From Octopus bimaculoides (lineage: Eukaryota), in NCBI RefSeq assembly GCF_001194135.2, contig NC_068993.1, positions 28,286,165 through 28,350,164 on the forward strand: DNA of 64,000 nucleotides, read 5' to 3'. Positions 13,081-25,300 of the stretch are shown here, piece by piece. Position 1 is the stretch's first letter, and every line of letters begins with the position of its first letter. A program made the translations under genes and the position numbers. The notes below the pieces were generated by a model. It saw only the letters and a program-made list of their open reading frames with translations. It was not told the origin of the DNA and did not search any database.

Positions 13081-13809
13081 GTGCGTTTTATTGTCTCATT
13101 ACCTTGACATCAAGCAATAACTGTAAGCGTGTGTCAGTCATGCAAGAGGTGTTCTTTGTTTTCAATCTTTCACATAATCATGTTTGGACATAGTGAAACA
13201 TTATCTTTTTGGAAAGAGGTAAGGGTTAGGTGATGGGAAGGGCATCCGGCTGTACAAAATGTCTGATCCATGTGAACATGCAAAAGTATGTATATATATA
13301 TTCATTATATTAACAGAGACTTTCTCAGTCATAATGTCTGTGTATTCCGAAAATCTAATTTTCTCAGATAAGGTGCATTTCATATTCAAGATGAAACTTT
13401 AGGATGTTATCTGGGTAATCAGCTAAGAATCCACTGCATCTTATAGCAGAAACAGCTGTAAGCTAAATGAAGTTCATTACATAACCTTTGCTTTTTTACC
13501 AGTGTCATCTCTTTGTTTTTATTACCACTCTACATTCATCTAGCTTTGTGTTCTGAAGCATACACATTGCCAAAGTGAAATATTAAAATAATATATATCA
13601 CTTGGATGATATTTCCAAGTAAGACATTACAACTGTATCTCTTCAAGCACTTCAATTCAGTATACGTACATATATTTACTTGATTGTCAACCTTTATCAA
13701 TGGTTTCTCCGACTGTTTTAAACAGAACTGTCAACATTTTTGATGACATGGGCATGTTAGTCTACATTATCATTCTGCTTGTTTGTTCACACATTACACT
13801 TTAGCTAGT

Positions 13810-14350
13810 TAGAGAGAGAAGTGGAGTGGAGTGAGTGAAAAATGGAATAAAAATGTGAGAGATGGAGGGAGAGCAAGAGAGAAAGGGGAAGGTGGAGTGA
13901 GTGAGATGGCACGAGAGAGAGAGAGGAAGAAGAGAAAGAAGTAGAGAAAGCTGTATACATACATATCAATATGCTAAGGCCATATGTGTTACACTATCAT
14001 GTGGATATTAGTTGGAGAGAGAATGAGAGAAGTGTTAAAGATGTGAGGTTGTAGGAGAAAGGAGTAGTTATCATATAGATAACAAATTAAAGGGAGAGGT
14101 ATAGAGAGTTAGAAATACAATGTTTAGCAGAGAGGTGATGTTCTAGTGGTGCATTTAAAGAAATGCAAGTAGAGAGAGAGGGGAAGGCAGTTATTTTAAG
14201 AGTGAGAGGCAGAGAGAGAGAGAGAGAGAGAGAGTAGTGATGCTATGCCAACCAATGCATTACGCTGTCACATAGTGGAAGTGAGAGGTGAAGAGGAGAA
14301 TTACATGGTTAAAAAGTTTGTTGAAGTAGAGAGAAAGAGAGAGAGAGAAA
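13810..14350. repeat. Purine-rich (GA)n low-complexity region
   Basis: Strong G/A strand bias with (GA)n runs. Confidence 0.8.
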
Positions 14351-15859
14351 TGTAAAGTGTTTAACAGAGGAAAATTTTAAACATTATTATTATGACTGAC
14401 AAAAACAAAATTTTAATAGCCAATCATTTTAAAAATCAAACTATTTATTTTTCTATCCACATTGATGGATATATGGAAAAAAGAAAGCTTACATTAGACA
14501 TACTAATAAACTTATCATAAATAGAAAGATAGATTTTTCAATGAAAGTGAAATAACCAAGCAAAATAGCTGTGGATGTTTCTGTTTTTTCATCTTATTTT
14601 GTTATTTGAACTTTGTATTGTCAAAGTACAAAGTACAGTGCAGTAGGAAAAGTAGATATAAACAAACAGCTGAACTGAACTGAAATGAAACAATTTAGAC
14701 TGAGTTTTGTTGCTGAAAACTATAATGGTGGTGGGTGAGTGGATAATAAAAAGTGTTTTTTTTAATTGAACTAAATTTATATTGCCTATCACAATACAGG
14801 AGTATAAGTGCAATTACTTATTTGCTCACTTGAAAATTGATATTCATTTATAAAATATGAATGAGAGATGACTTAAGCTAACAAGAAACAGAATGAGACA
14901 GCATAGGCAACAACGTAAAGAGAAGCAGAGGGTTGGATCACTAGTGTAATCACAGAAACAATAGCGTAGAAGGGAAAATATGAATCAAAGAGAAAGTGAG
15001 TGTTTGCAATAGATAAGACAGAATAGAAAATGACAATGAGAGAACATCAAAAAAGAAATGAATTTAAAAAATGGTTGAAAATTACATTGATGACATGAAT
15101 ATTCTATGTAATCATTGTGAAACTCTTAAATTTATAAATGAACTTCTGAGAGACTGGGTAAGTCATACTCCCTCAACCACAGCCTTTTCCAGGAAGGAAA
15201 GACTTTTTTTTTAATGAAAATAAGACAGAATATACAATATCATAAGAAACACTAATTTTAATGTTCTATATATAAACTTCCAACCATCTAAAAAATTCTG
15301 TATTTATTGTGGAATTTCCATGGGTACTGCTGGTATTCTTTATTTTGTAACCTGTTCTGTTGTTCTTAGCAAAGAAATTACTCATCTGTTTTCATTCTAA
15401 TTGTTTATTTCTCACTGAATGTTATTTTGATTTTGGTTCGTTGACTTAAATATCAAATGTTAGGAGGTTTGTTGATGAAGTATTATATACATTTGGTCTA
15501 TTTGCATAGAGTTGACATGCAGGTTTATTTCTTAGGTTGTCTTTCAAATTTGAATTAACAATATTACTGCATAAGTTCCATATAATGTATGTATTACATA
15601 ACTTATATAATGCCCATTGGATCAAACCATGTTCACCTTTGTAATTGATTGAAGTATAATCAACCTTCCTTCAGTTATCAGAATACTACACTAACCAGGT
15701 TCATACATGATGTGCTGATAAAGTGATTGCCTGGATCATAACCATCCCTTGAATTATAACATATATATAATTTTGTGCATTTCAGCCCAAAGGCTGTGCC
15801 CATGTTGGGGCACAGCCAGCAGATTTATTCAGTTTGACATTGTCTATTTCTAGCATGTA

Positions 15860-17280
15860 ATGTTGAAATCCTTTCTTCTGAAGGATTTAGGTATGAGCAG
15901 GCAATTCACCAACATCAGTGACCTTGATGTCAGAATCATCACAAATGCTAGAAAGTGTCTTGATTCATGACCATTCTTACAGAGTTAAGAAAGGTGACTC
16001 ACAGTTCAATGTACCTATGGAAGCTATGAAGGCACCAAATTCACTGATCTCATTGAGTTATCTTGGATAACTTTTGGAAGCACATGCACCAGCCTGGAAA
16101 TCTCAAACTATATGAATAGTCATGTTATGGACAAGTTCAGGAAGGACTTCGTAACAATCTTCAAAGAATTCAGTCTAACCATAACAGTTTCTACCAACTT
16201 GACAAAGGCTGACTTCCTGGCCATAACCCTAGACCTGGTAACTGATAAGTACTACCCATAAAGGAAACTGTAAAAGCTCTCCCTGTAATCAGAAACTTAT
16301 CTGGAATTAGCAAAACAATCTCTAAATTTCCTGCAGACTGGGATCTTCAACAAGGCTCCACTTAATTACAACAAAGAATTAGTGAGGAGTGGACTCACCA
16401 AGACGTTAACATATAGAGAAGTCTCACCCACCTCTGCCTCCAAAGATAACCAGAGAAAGAAATAAAATATGGCTAAAACCTACTTTTAACCTTGAAATTT
16501 CCACCAACATAGCTTGGAGTTTCCTGTTGTTGACCAAGAAGCATTTCCCATGCTCTTCAACTTTTACAATGCTGAGGTTAGCTACTCTGTTTCGACAACA
16601 TTGCATGGCACAAAAGATGCAAACACACCCATATACTCCCCTAACCTATAACTACCAGAACCCTAATAATTACCCTCTGGGTGGATCCTGTCCTTCAAGA
16701 GCTGTGGTCTACAGTAACACAAGATACGGATATGACAGACGACTTCAAGGGAAGGTACACACAGCATATGCACTCCCTCAGTTGTAGGGATAGGGAAAAT
16801 TCTAACTTCCTGTTATGCTTTATCCGGAGACTTTGCAACCATTGGAACAACCACCTCAACATTGAATGGAACATTACTGATAGGCCTCCGCCCTATTCAC
16901 CCAGAACTCACAATTGCCAGCTGTGCCTCCATGAAAGACTGCATATTTTCTATCAACAGGAAGAATGAGCTATCATATTGTTGCCACCATATGTACATTA
17001 TACAGGTAAACTTCGAGCAGCTAATAATCCGGATAGACCATCATAAATCTGACTACCTCATACACAGGAGTAAGATACTCACCCACCTGTATAAACAAGC
17101 TTACCCAAGTAGATCATTCAGTTGCAATGTAACTACATGTACTGTTGGCAATTTCTTCTCCTTCTTTGGATTTTCCCATCTCCTTTCTGATGAAGAGCTA
17201 TGCTCGAAACGTTAAATTCTCTCCTTTCACCAAACTAATATACTTTTTCACATCTGTCATTTTTCTTTTTTATCCGCTTA
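15860..17280 (+). mobile_element. Degraded Penelope-like element (RT + GIY-YIG) with terminal hammerhead motif
   Basis: FNVPM(G)SYEG, DFLAITLDL, NYPLGGSCPSRAVVY, FKGRYTQH, IEWNI..YSP..NCQLCLHE; hammerhead core at 17184-17216. Confidence 0.82.
17184..17216 (+). ncRNA. Minimal type I hammerhead ribozyme motif
   Basis: UUU-CUGAUGA-A-GAGC(UAU)GCUC-GAAAC-GU-U-AAA. Confidence 0.6.
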
Positions 17281-17319
17281 TTTGAACTCTCTCTCTATAT
17301 ATCTATATATTTAGGTAGG

Positions 17320-17697
17320 TACAGGCGTGACTACATGGTAAGAAGCATGCTTCCCAACCACATGGTTCCAGGTTCAGCCCCACCTCGTGGCTCCTTGGGC
17401 AAGTGTCTTCTACTATAGCCTCAGACTGACCATAGGCTTGTGAATGGATTTGGTAGATGGAAACTGAAAGAAGTCTCTTGTATATGTATACGTGTGTGTG
17501 TGTGTGAATTTGTCCCCCACCCACCATCACTTGACAACCAACATTGATGTGCTTGCATCCCCATAACTTAACAGTTCAGCAAAAGAGACCATTAGAATAA
17601 GTATTAGGCTTACAAAGAATAAGTACTAGGGTCGATTTGTTCCACTAAAGGTGGTGCTCCAGCATGGCCGCAGTCAAATGACTAAAACAAATAAAAG
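17320..17697 (+). mobile_element. tRNA-derived SINE (family repeated in window)
   Basis: Head ggcgtgactacatggtaagaag..ggttcagcccc, ccttgggcaagtgtc, internal (TG)n, tail gctccagcatggccgcagtcaaatgactaaaac. Confidence 0.85.
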
Positions 17698-17704
17698 AAT
17701 ATAT

Positions 17705-17823
17705 AGGGCATCCAGCTGTAGAAACTGCCAAATCAGATTGGAGCAATCTGGTTCACCAGTCCTCAGTGAAATCGTCCAACCCATGCTAGCATGGGAAGCA
17801 GACGTTAAACGACGATGATGATG
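17705..17823 (+). mobile_element. RTE LINE 3' tail fragment; further copies at ~27170-27330, 42510-42685, 45445-45602, 55735-55895, 58870-58935, 63610-63700
   Basis: gggcatccagctgtagaaac..ccaacccatgctagcatggaa..gacgttaaacgatgatgat consensus, seen repeatedly. Confidence 0.85.
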
Positions 17824-17973
17824 ATACACACACACCTCTGTCAAGCACCATCATAATTCTGGTTACGCTCTTCAAAATGCTCTCACCAATGTTTGGCAAT
17901 AAATATAACACATCAGTACATGCAGTCTCATGTGTACACTCCAGACGTATCACACACCACAAACGCATACATA

Positions 17974-19275
17974 CAAGAGGGTACCCAAAAGAAATCGGAA
18001 TTTTGCAATATTTTATTCACTTTGTTTTACATGTTTGTACTTCTACTGCCTTCAAAGTATTCTCCATCTGAAGCAATGCATTGGTCCAGATGTGTTTTCC
18101 ATTGTTCAAAGTAGTCCTGGAACTCTTGTGAAGTGATACTTTTAACACCTTTGTCATTTTTTTTCTTTAACTCTTCCACATCTGCAAAACATTTTCCTTT
18201 AAGGACTTTCTTTCATTTGGGGAAACAAAAAAATCACAAGGAGCAAGATCAGGTGAATAGAGAAGGGTCGTGTAATTTTTGGTCAAAAACTGTCTCACAC
18301 TCAAGGTGGTGTGCACAGGCACGTTGTCATGATGAAACCACTGCTCTCCACTTTGCCACAGGTCGGAGTGTTTTTGTATCACTACGTCTTGCAAATGCTT
18401 CAGAACTGCTAAGTAAAATGTCTAATTAACAGTTTGACCAGGAGGAATAAATTCTGTGTGGACAATTCCTTTCGCATCGATGAAACAAGTCAGCATCATC
18501 TTGACATTGGACTTCACTTGATGTGCTTTTTTGGGGCATGGGGACATCAAATGCTTCCATTGACTTCATTGCTGCTTTGTTTCCGGATTGTAGCCATAAT
18601 ACCAGCTTTCATCACCAGTGATGACCTTTGAAAAAGGGTCCGGATCAACTCCTAACTGTTCTTTCAGTTCACGACACACAGTCAGTCATGACTGTTTTGA
18701 TCTTCTGTGAATAAGCAAAGCACAAATTTTGCTGCACCTTTTTTGATTTGCAATTCTTGACTCAAAATTTGTTGGCAGGAGCTCCAGGATACACCAGTCA
18801 TATCAACAAATTCATTAATTGTTCAGCAACGGTCCTCCAAGATCAGTTCATGAATTTTCGTGATGTTTTCATTCGTTCAGGAGCTCAACAGTCGCTCTGA
18901 ATGAGGTTGGTCATCAAGCAACACGTGACCGTTCCTAAAGCATGAAAATCACTCGTAAACTTGCGTTTTGCTCATGGTAGCATCTTTGTAAGCTGTTTGA
19001 GGCATGACAACTGTTTCGGCCACCGTTTTCCCTAGCAGAAAACAGAATTTCATGAAAGCACGCTGTTCCTTCGTTTCAACGATCGCATAAATTGATGAAC
19101 AGGGGAGAAGTACTGCAAAACAAAGATACACCACATGGCAGTTGGACTCTAATCAATGATGCCAGTCAGCAGACTGATGCTGAGGGTTGCATCTGGCTTC
19201 TAGCGGCAGAAGTCTGAACTACAATGGGCTTTGTCCCACAGAGAATGTTTCCAGTTACTTATGGGGACCTCCTCG
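17974..19275 (-). mobile_element. Full-length degraded mariner transposon
   Basis: Imperfect TIRs caagagggtacccaaaag / cttatggggacctcctcg with TA on both sides; EQRAFMKFCFLLGKT, WFHHDNVPVH, YSPDLAPCDFF. Confidence 0.88.
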
Positions 19276-19639
19276 TACATACATGTGTCAGATGCTCATA
19301 CCAATGATTTGCAGACGCTTCCACTTCCTAGACAGGCAATCACCATCAACATCCCGCCTAACCATATGGGCCAGGAACTCAGTTTCTAATTGTTGCATGT
19401 GTCAATAACACTACGTTAGTAACACCATATGACTCATTTTGACCAATAGCAGTACAACATACAGAAGTCACCTAGAATCTTCTGCGTTCAGACCACCATG
19501 CCCGACAAGTTAGGGTCAATGAATGAACCTATAAAACTTTACATTGCATACAGCTGAATCAAACTGTTATTAAATATATATATATATATATATATAAAAA
19601 GTCCAACAAACCTTCATACATAGGGCAGTAGTGAAACAA

Positions 19640-20170
19640 CAGCCTGTCCTTTCAGCAGCTGCACTAGAGCCTTAGTTAATGGCTATTACCACTGGCAAAA
19701 TGACCAGGTGCTCAAAGCTGATTTGGAGGTGATGTCAATAACCAAGTAAATACCATCCTAGGAAAGAGGCCATCACTTTACTCAGAGGTAAAAAGTATTC
19801 CAATTCACTGAAACATCAACAACCATCATACTTACTTTCAACAGCCCCAGACTGGCAGCTGAGAGTGGATCATGTGGAACAGTTATAGCTCCCAGACCAC
19901 ATCATACCAACACTCTGCCCAGAAACAATTGTGTTCTCAAATTCCCTCAAACATGAGATGGTGTGGGAACTGTGTTTTGAGAGGAACACAAGGATGAAGC
20001 ATGCCAAATATCGGGAGCTGGTAGTGCAGGGCTTGAAAGCATATTGCAAGGCAACAGAAGTGGGCCAATAGCGGGTGGTCATTCTACAAAGCTCTGAGAG
20101 GGCTTGGAGAGAAGAACATCTGGATAAAAGGGGCAGACCAGTGGTTTGCTACTATTGGATGCAAAGTAGA
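19640..20170 (+). mobile_element. Remnant of an RLE-endonuclease (R2/NeSL-type) non-LTR retrotransposon C-terminus
   Basis: PTLCPETIVFSNSLK..VWELCFE..KHAKYRELV..KATEVG resembles the PD..ELT.P.E..K..KY..EVG motif. Confidence 0.55.
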
Positions 20171-20699
20171 AGTTCATCAACCCCAGATGGTTCAAACTGG
20201 TGGTGGTGGTGGTGGTGGTAGGGGTTGTATATAGTTTGATTATTAAATAGAATTTATAAAAGTGGCATAGAGGCAGAATCGTTTTGAGAAAATAATATCT
20301 TGCACTGTTCTGGTTCTTTACTTTCTTAGCTCAGACGCTACAAAGGCCAACTCTGTCTTTCATCCCTCAGAGGTGGAGTACTAGAAGTGATGTTATTGAT
20401 TAAACACCTCCCCTGAGAATTACTGGCTCTGTGCCTAAATCAGAAACAATAAATACATTGTTTAGAGCAGATGAAAGAATTTTAATACATTTCATAGAAA
20501 GAATGAATGTGTGTACGTGTATGTGTGTATATATATATTAATATATATATATATACATACATACACACACACGCACACACGCACACACACACGTATATAC
20601 ACACACAAAAAAAATGAAATTCTGGACAGTCTTTCTGCATCTATTATTAACAACAATATCAATAACAAATTAACAACTATAACCATTAAATTTTCTCAT

Positions 20700-22309
20700 A
20701 CATTATATAAAGAAAATATAAATAATAAAATTAAAAAACAGCTTGTTTGCATTAGGTTTTCTTGCTGAAGTTGATTTTTTTTAAAGATCCTTTTTAGATG
20801 TCTTTGCATGATTGCCAACCATGAATGTATGGTGTAATGGAACCTGTTTATAATAAAGTGGAGAGCAAGCACGAAAAGTCTTTCAAAAGTTGAATGCACA
20901 CAGGCTTTATCTTTTAAACAAACAGTGTCAAGTTTATGTTGGTTTATTTGGAAAATAATCACAAATAACAAAACTAGTGCCAACAAATTAAAAATATTCA
21001 CAACTCAATAATGCTAACTATTATTCAGAGAAGGTTTTACTATGACTCTAAAAAAACTTTTCAATGGCTATAATGAAGATTTTGCATTTTTCCATTAAAT
21101 CTTGCAAAACAATGTTATATTCATTTTTGAAAATATATTTAAGTTGAATATCTATTGTGCCATTATTTAAAGTTTTGTATCAACAGGACTTCCTTGACAT
21201 TTCAATGAAGAGCACTTTCTTCATTAACATGCCATCTGAAAAATTCATAGATGACAGTGAACTTAAAAATATGTGTCTAGTTCTTATTTCAACAATATAG
21301 AGTACCCTTCACTTTGTACGCCAAAAATACAAACAATATATAATGCATACACACACACATTTCTAAATAAACATGTACTCAAACATTTATGAACACATGC
21401 AAATGGGAATGGGAGGAAAAAACTTGAAAATCACCAAGATTTTATGGTTAATGGAGTATTTATACATGTTAATGTGTCTACAAGTGTCTTCTCTCTCTCT
21501 CAATTTTTATTTAACACACACCCATTATTAAAATAGAAAAGGAAAATTAATAAAAATAAAACATGAAAATACAGAAAAATGTTGCAGTTCAGCCAGGATT
21601 GAAATCTAGACAGCCTTAATAGTTTTGGCTTGTATCTAAAACAATGAAAGTAAGTTTTATTTCACTAGTTCTAAGTAAAAAAAAAAAAAAATTAATACAA
21701 TGAGCCTCCTTCCATTTTTTCTAAATAATAAACACATTTTTTTTCAAAATAAACTCATAAGTTTGTGAAAAAGATTCACACATGTGTGTGTTCATATATG
21801 TGTGGGTGTCTTTGTATGTATATATGTATTTGTATGTGTGTGTATATGCGCATGTATGTATGTAATATAAGCCATTGGTATATATGTTTTAAATTAAATG
21901 GCTAGTAGAAATAGTAAAGAACTTAGAATTTTTGCTATTATGACGAAATCCCGCCAAACCTGCCTAACAGAAGGCTTCAACAGAAAACCCATCCTGGTTT
22001 TCCCATACAATAATCTGTTGATTAACTGTAATTTGTAATTTAATTTTTTTTTGTTTTTATATACTTGAAATATTGGGTTGACCATCTAGAAAAAGACTTG
22101 TTCTTGTTGAATTTTATATATATACACACACACACACACACACGCACACACACACACACACATACATGCACACATACAATCAATTTTATTTTAACTCACA
22201 CCACGAATGAATTGCTCTTTTAACTGAAAGTGGCTACAATTTTTGAAGTACCATTTCAGTTCCATTTAAGTTGATGGCTGGATGGAAATGAAAATACTTT
22301 TGCTACATG
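20700..22309 (-). other. Probable calnexin 3' UTR (extent uncertain)
   Basis: Non-transposon AT-rich sequence after the stop; AATAAA hexamers on the minus strand near 22185, 21656, 21506 and 20943; contains a (TG)n tract. Confidence 0.5.
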
Positions 22310-22334
22310 TTAATCTTTTCTTGAACGCCGTCTT
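22310..22334 (-). CDS. CANX: Calnexin terminal coding exon (R)RRRSRKD*
   Basis: Long U-rich tract + tgtag acceptor; A|AGA CGG CGT TCA AGA AAA GAT TAA; basic C-terminus like human SPRNRKPRRE. Confidence 0.85.
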
Positions 22335-25300
22335 CTACAAAAGAAAATAAAAGAAAAACAAAAACAATTGGAGAATACTGAAATTTTGTTAAGAAAATTG
22401 TCATTTCATTAAAATTGGTATGTTAATAGAGTCCAAATGTCCATTAACATAAAGTTTCACAAGTAGTCATGGTAACGATTAAAACACACTGACAGATACT
22501 ACTGAACAATTACATTGTAGCCATTCATTCAGAATGAGAACTGATTCTTCATTTAGATAAAAAATTATCATTATAATATATTTCATCATTATTTACAAAA
22601 TTTATCCACTCCCATATCTCATTATGATTGATATTTTCTAAGGCTTCAAACATCAATGATGACCATAACTGGTCAATATATCATCTCTCCAATTTCCCAC
22701 CACTGAACTTGAACAAACTGGGCTCAGCTGCCATTTGACAATAAGTTCCTTTGACAGATATCAACTTTTTCACCTTGCACGATGGAGAGCTTTACTCTCA
22801 ACCACTTCAAACCACCAATGTAACTTCCCTAGCTCTACCATGCACTCCCACCAGAAGAGACACTAACTGCAAGCTACATACAGGCAAGTTGTCAAAGAAA
22901 GCAGTAACTCGATACAAGGTAGAGGTGACTTGTTAAACCTACTACAAACTATCTAACTAGTGTTAGTGGCATAAAATGTACCCAGTCCAGGCTATCAAGT
23001 AGTTTGAGATCATCCAGCATCAGAGGTGACTCATCTCATCTACACTAGCATGGAAAAGGCAAACTTAAAATGCTTATAGTATATAATACTATTAAGAAAT
23101 AAAACAAAGCTGAATGTAATAATATATGTATGCATGTTTTACATGCCTGTGGTGACCATGGAATCATTCCTTTTCAATACACATTTAGAGACAAAAAAAA
23201 ATCTCTTAAAAATTTCTATTCTATTAAAAAAATAGATGTTAATATAATCCAAATATATAGAAGACTATTTTTGTATCTGGTCTGCACAATTCTTTATGTG
23301 AATTCATAGGTTGAAACAAATTTTGTTGTCTGGTCAACAAAAAAAAATTTTTTGAAATGGTGTTGAGACACCAAACATCTTTTTTTAGCTAATTTGAGGG
23401 TGCTGAATCTGAAAATGACCTTACTTTTTCTTGGTTAGCTAGTTTTTGCTGTACAGAAATGCCTCATTTTTGGAGAAAAAAGCATTTTTTGCATTTGTTT
23501 TCTGTATATTTGATATTGATCAATGGCAATATTTTTTAAAGTAAAATTGTAGAAACCTCTCAATTCATATTTAAACCAACAAATATTGGTCTGCTTATTG
23601 AGAAATACTACTTTTGCAATAACAATCAGACCCTAAGTCTTTAAAAATAACACAATTGAATATACCAAGACCAACAAGTATTTTCATCAAATCGTTAAAT
23701 AAACTAACAGCAGAAATAAAACCTTCGTGAACATAAGAACTATGGTAAAAATTTTCTCTTTCTTGATTGCCATATTCAATGTTATTTAAGTCCCTTTTGA
23801 TACTCCAGCAGTAGTCAGCTATCATTTGATTGTCTCACCGTCTCTGGTAGCGCTCTTCCATTTTGGTATCCTGATGGATATCTTTCTCCTTGCTCATCAC
23901 TCACATCGCCACAATTATCCAGAAATTTATCTAGATGGCTATGTAAAAAAATGAACCTTAATACTCATATTAGCGCCTATGTCCTGAAGACTTTTCAACA
24001 GCTTTTCATCACGTCAACAAATGATGTCCAAACACGTAATTCCAAGTCATTCATTGAATTAAATTCATCATCCTTAGTAAGTTTCCTGATATCAGGACCA
24101 CCAAACACTCCTGCTTTGAGTTTTTCAGTGCTAAGTCCTGGAAACGATTTACATATAGACTCAAAACATTTACTTTCTTTGTTGAGTGATTTTACATACT
24201 GTTTCATTAATCCCAATTTGATATGCAAAGGAGGGAACTAGCGCTGCACTAATAACACTCTTTTCACTGGCCTTCAACTCTCTTTCCTTTTCCAATGCCC
24301 CTCTTTTGCTCTACTCTCCCACATACACAAAAAATATGGGAAGTTCGTGTAGCCACTTTGTTGACCAAGCAGGAAATTTACCATTTTCAAATCAACACAC
24401 AACACCCATTTATGTTTGGTATAGTCAATCTGTTCCAGAACCTGCTTGATGGCATCATGTTTTTTTTTCAGTGTTGTTGTATGACCTGTAGGTATTGGCG
24501 CATACATGTTGGTATTATGGAGCAAAACACATTTTGAACTATCAATGAACAATCTCCATTTATTAGGATCATATTTGTGGACGCTTAGTCAAAGAACGCT
24601 CTCAATGTCATTGCAATGAACAAGATCCATGTTCTCATTAAAGATTGGTACAAATTCGGCATCCCTATTTTGATAGAATGTTACCTTTGTGCCTTTTGCT
24701 AACATGTATTTTTCATTGAGCCTAGAGGCCAAAAGTTCTGCTGATTCTTTGCTTAGATTTAAGTCTCGAACCAAATCATTCAGCTCATTTTGGTTAAACG
24801 GCTCTGGCACGGTTTCGGGAACATAGTCAGGATCCTTTTCTCTGTATCGCTCATTTACATCAGTATCAGACATGTCACTTTCAACAAGTTTCAACAAATT
24901 TTTATGAAAAACTGGGATTGGCAAATCATCTGAATGCAGTACTGGCTGAATAGCGGAATGAAGACTGGGATAGTCGATAGAACTGCGTTTCTTTTGGTTC
25001 AGTCCCACAACACTGACTGAGCAGAAGTAACATTTGTCAGAGTGGTTCTTTGGCTCACGTCAGATCATAGGAACAGCGAATCTCAGCGATTTTCGGGTAC
25101 CTGGAGTCCACTGTCTCATGTGTTCCAAACATGTCTGGCAAACAATGTGAAGGGCCCATGATTTGTCCTGACCACCAAGCTCGATGTAAAAGTAAGCACG
25201 ATAGGCTTTCTTGTAAAAGTTAGATATCGGGTTTACTGTTGGCTTTTGGTGTGAACTCGCCGCATATATAGCAAAATAAGTTGGGATCATTTTTGCATTT

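Noticed and set aside
13100-15850. Possible second host gene in non-repeat-looking sequence
   Set aside because: No recognisable protein motif or consistent exon chain could be supported by eye
22266-22334. Phase-0 reading of the last exon (KTAFKKRL..) as the main C-terminus
   Set aside because: The 44-nt exon at 30785-30828 supplies the phase giving [10 protein letters not shown], which matches calnexin C-termini
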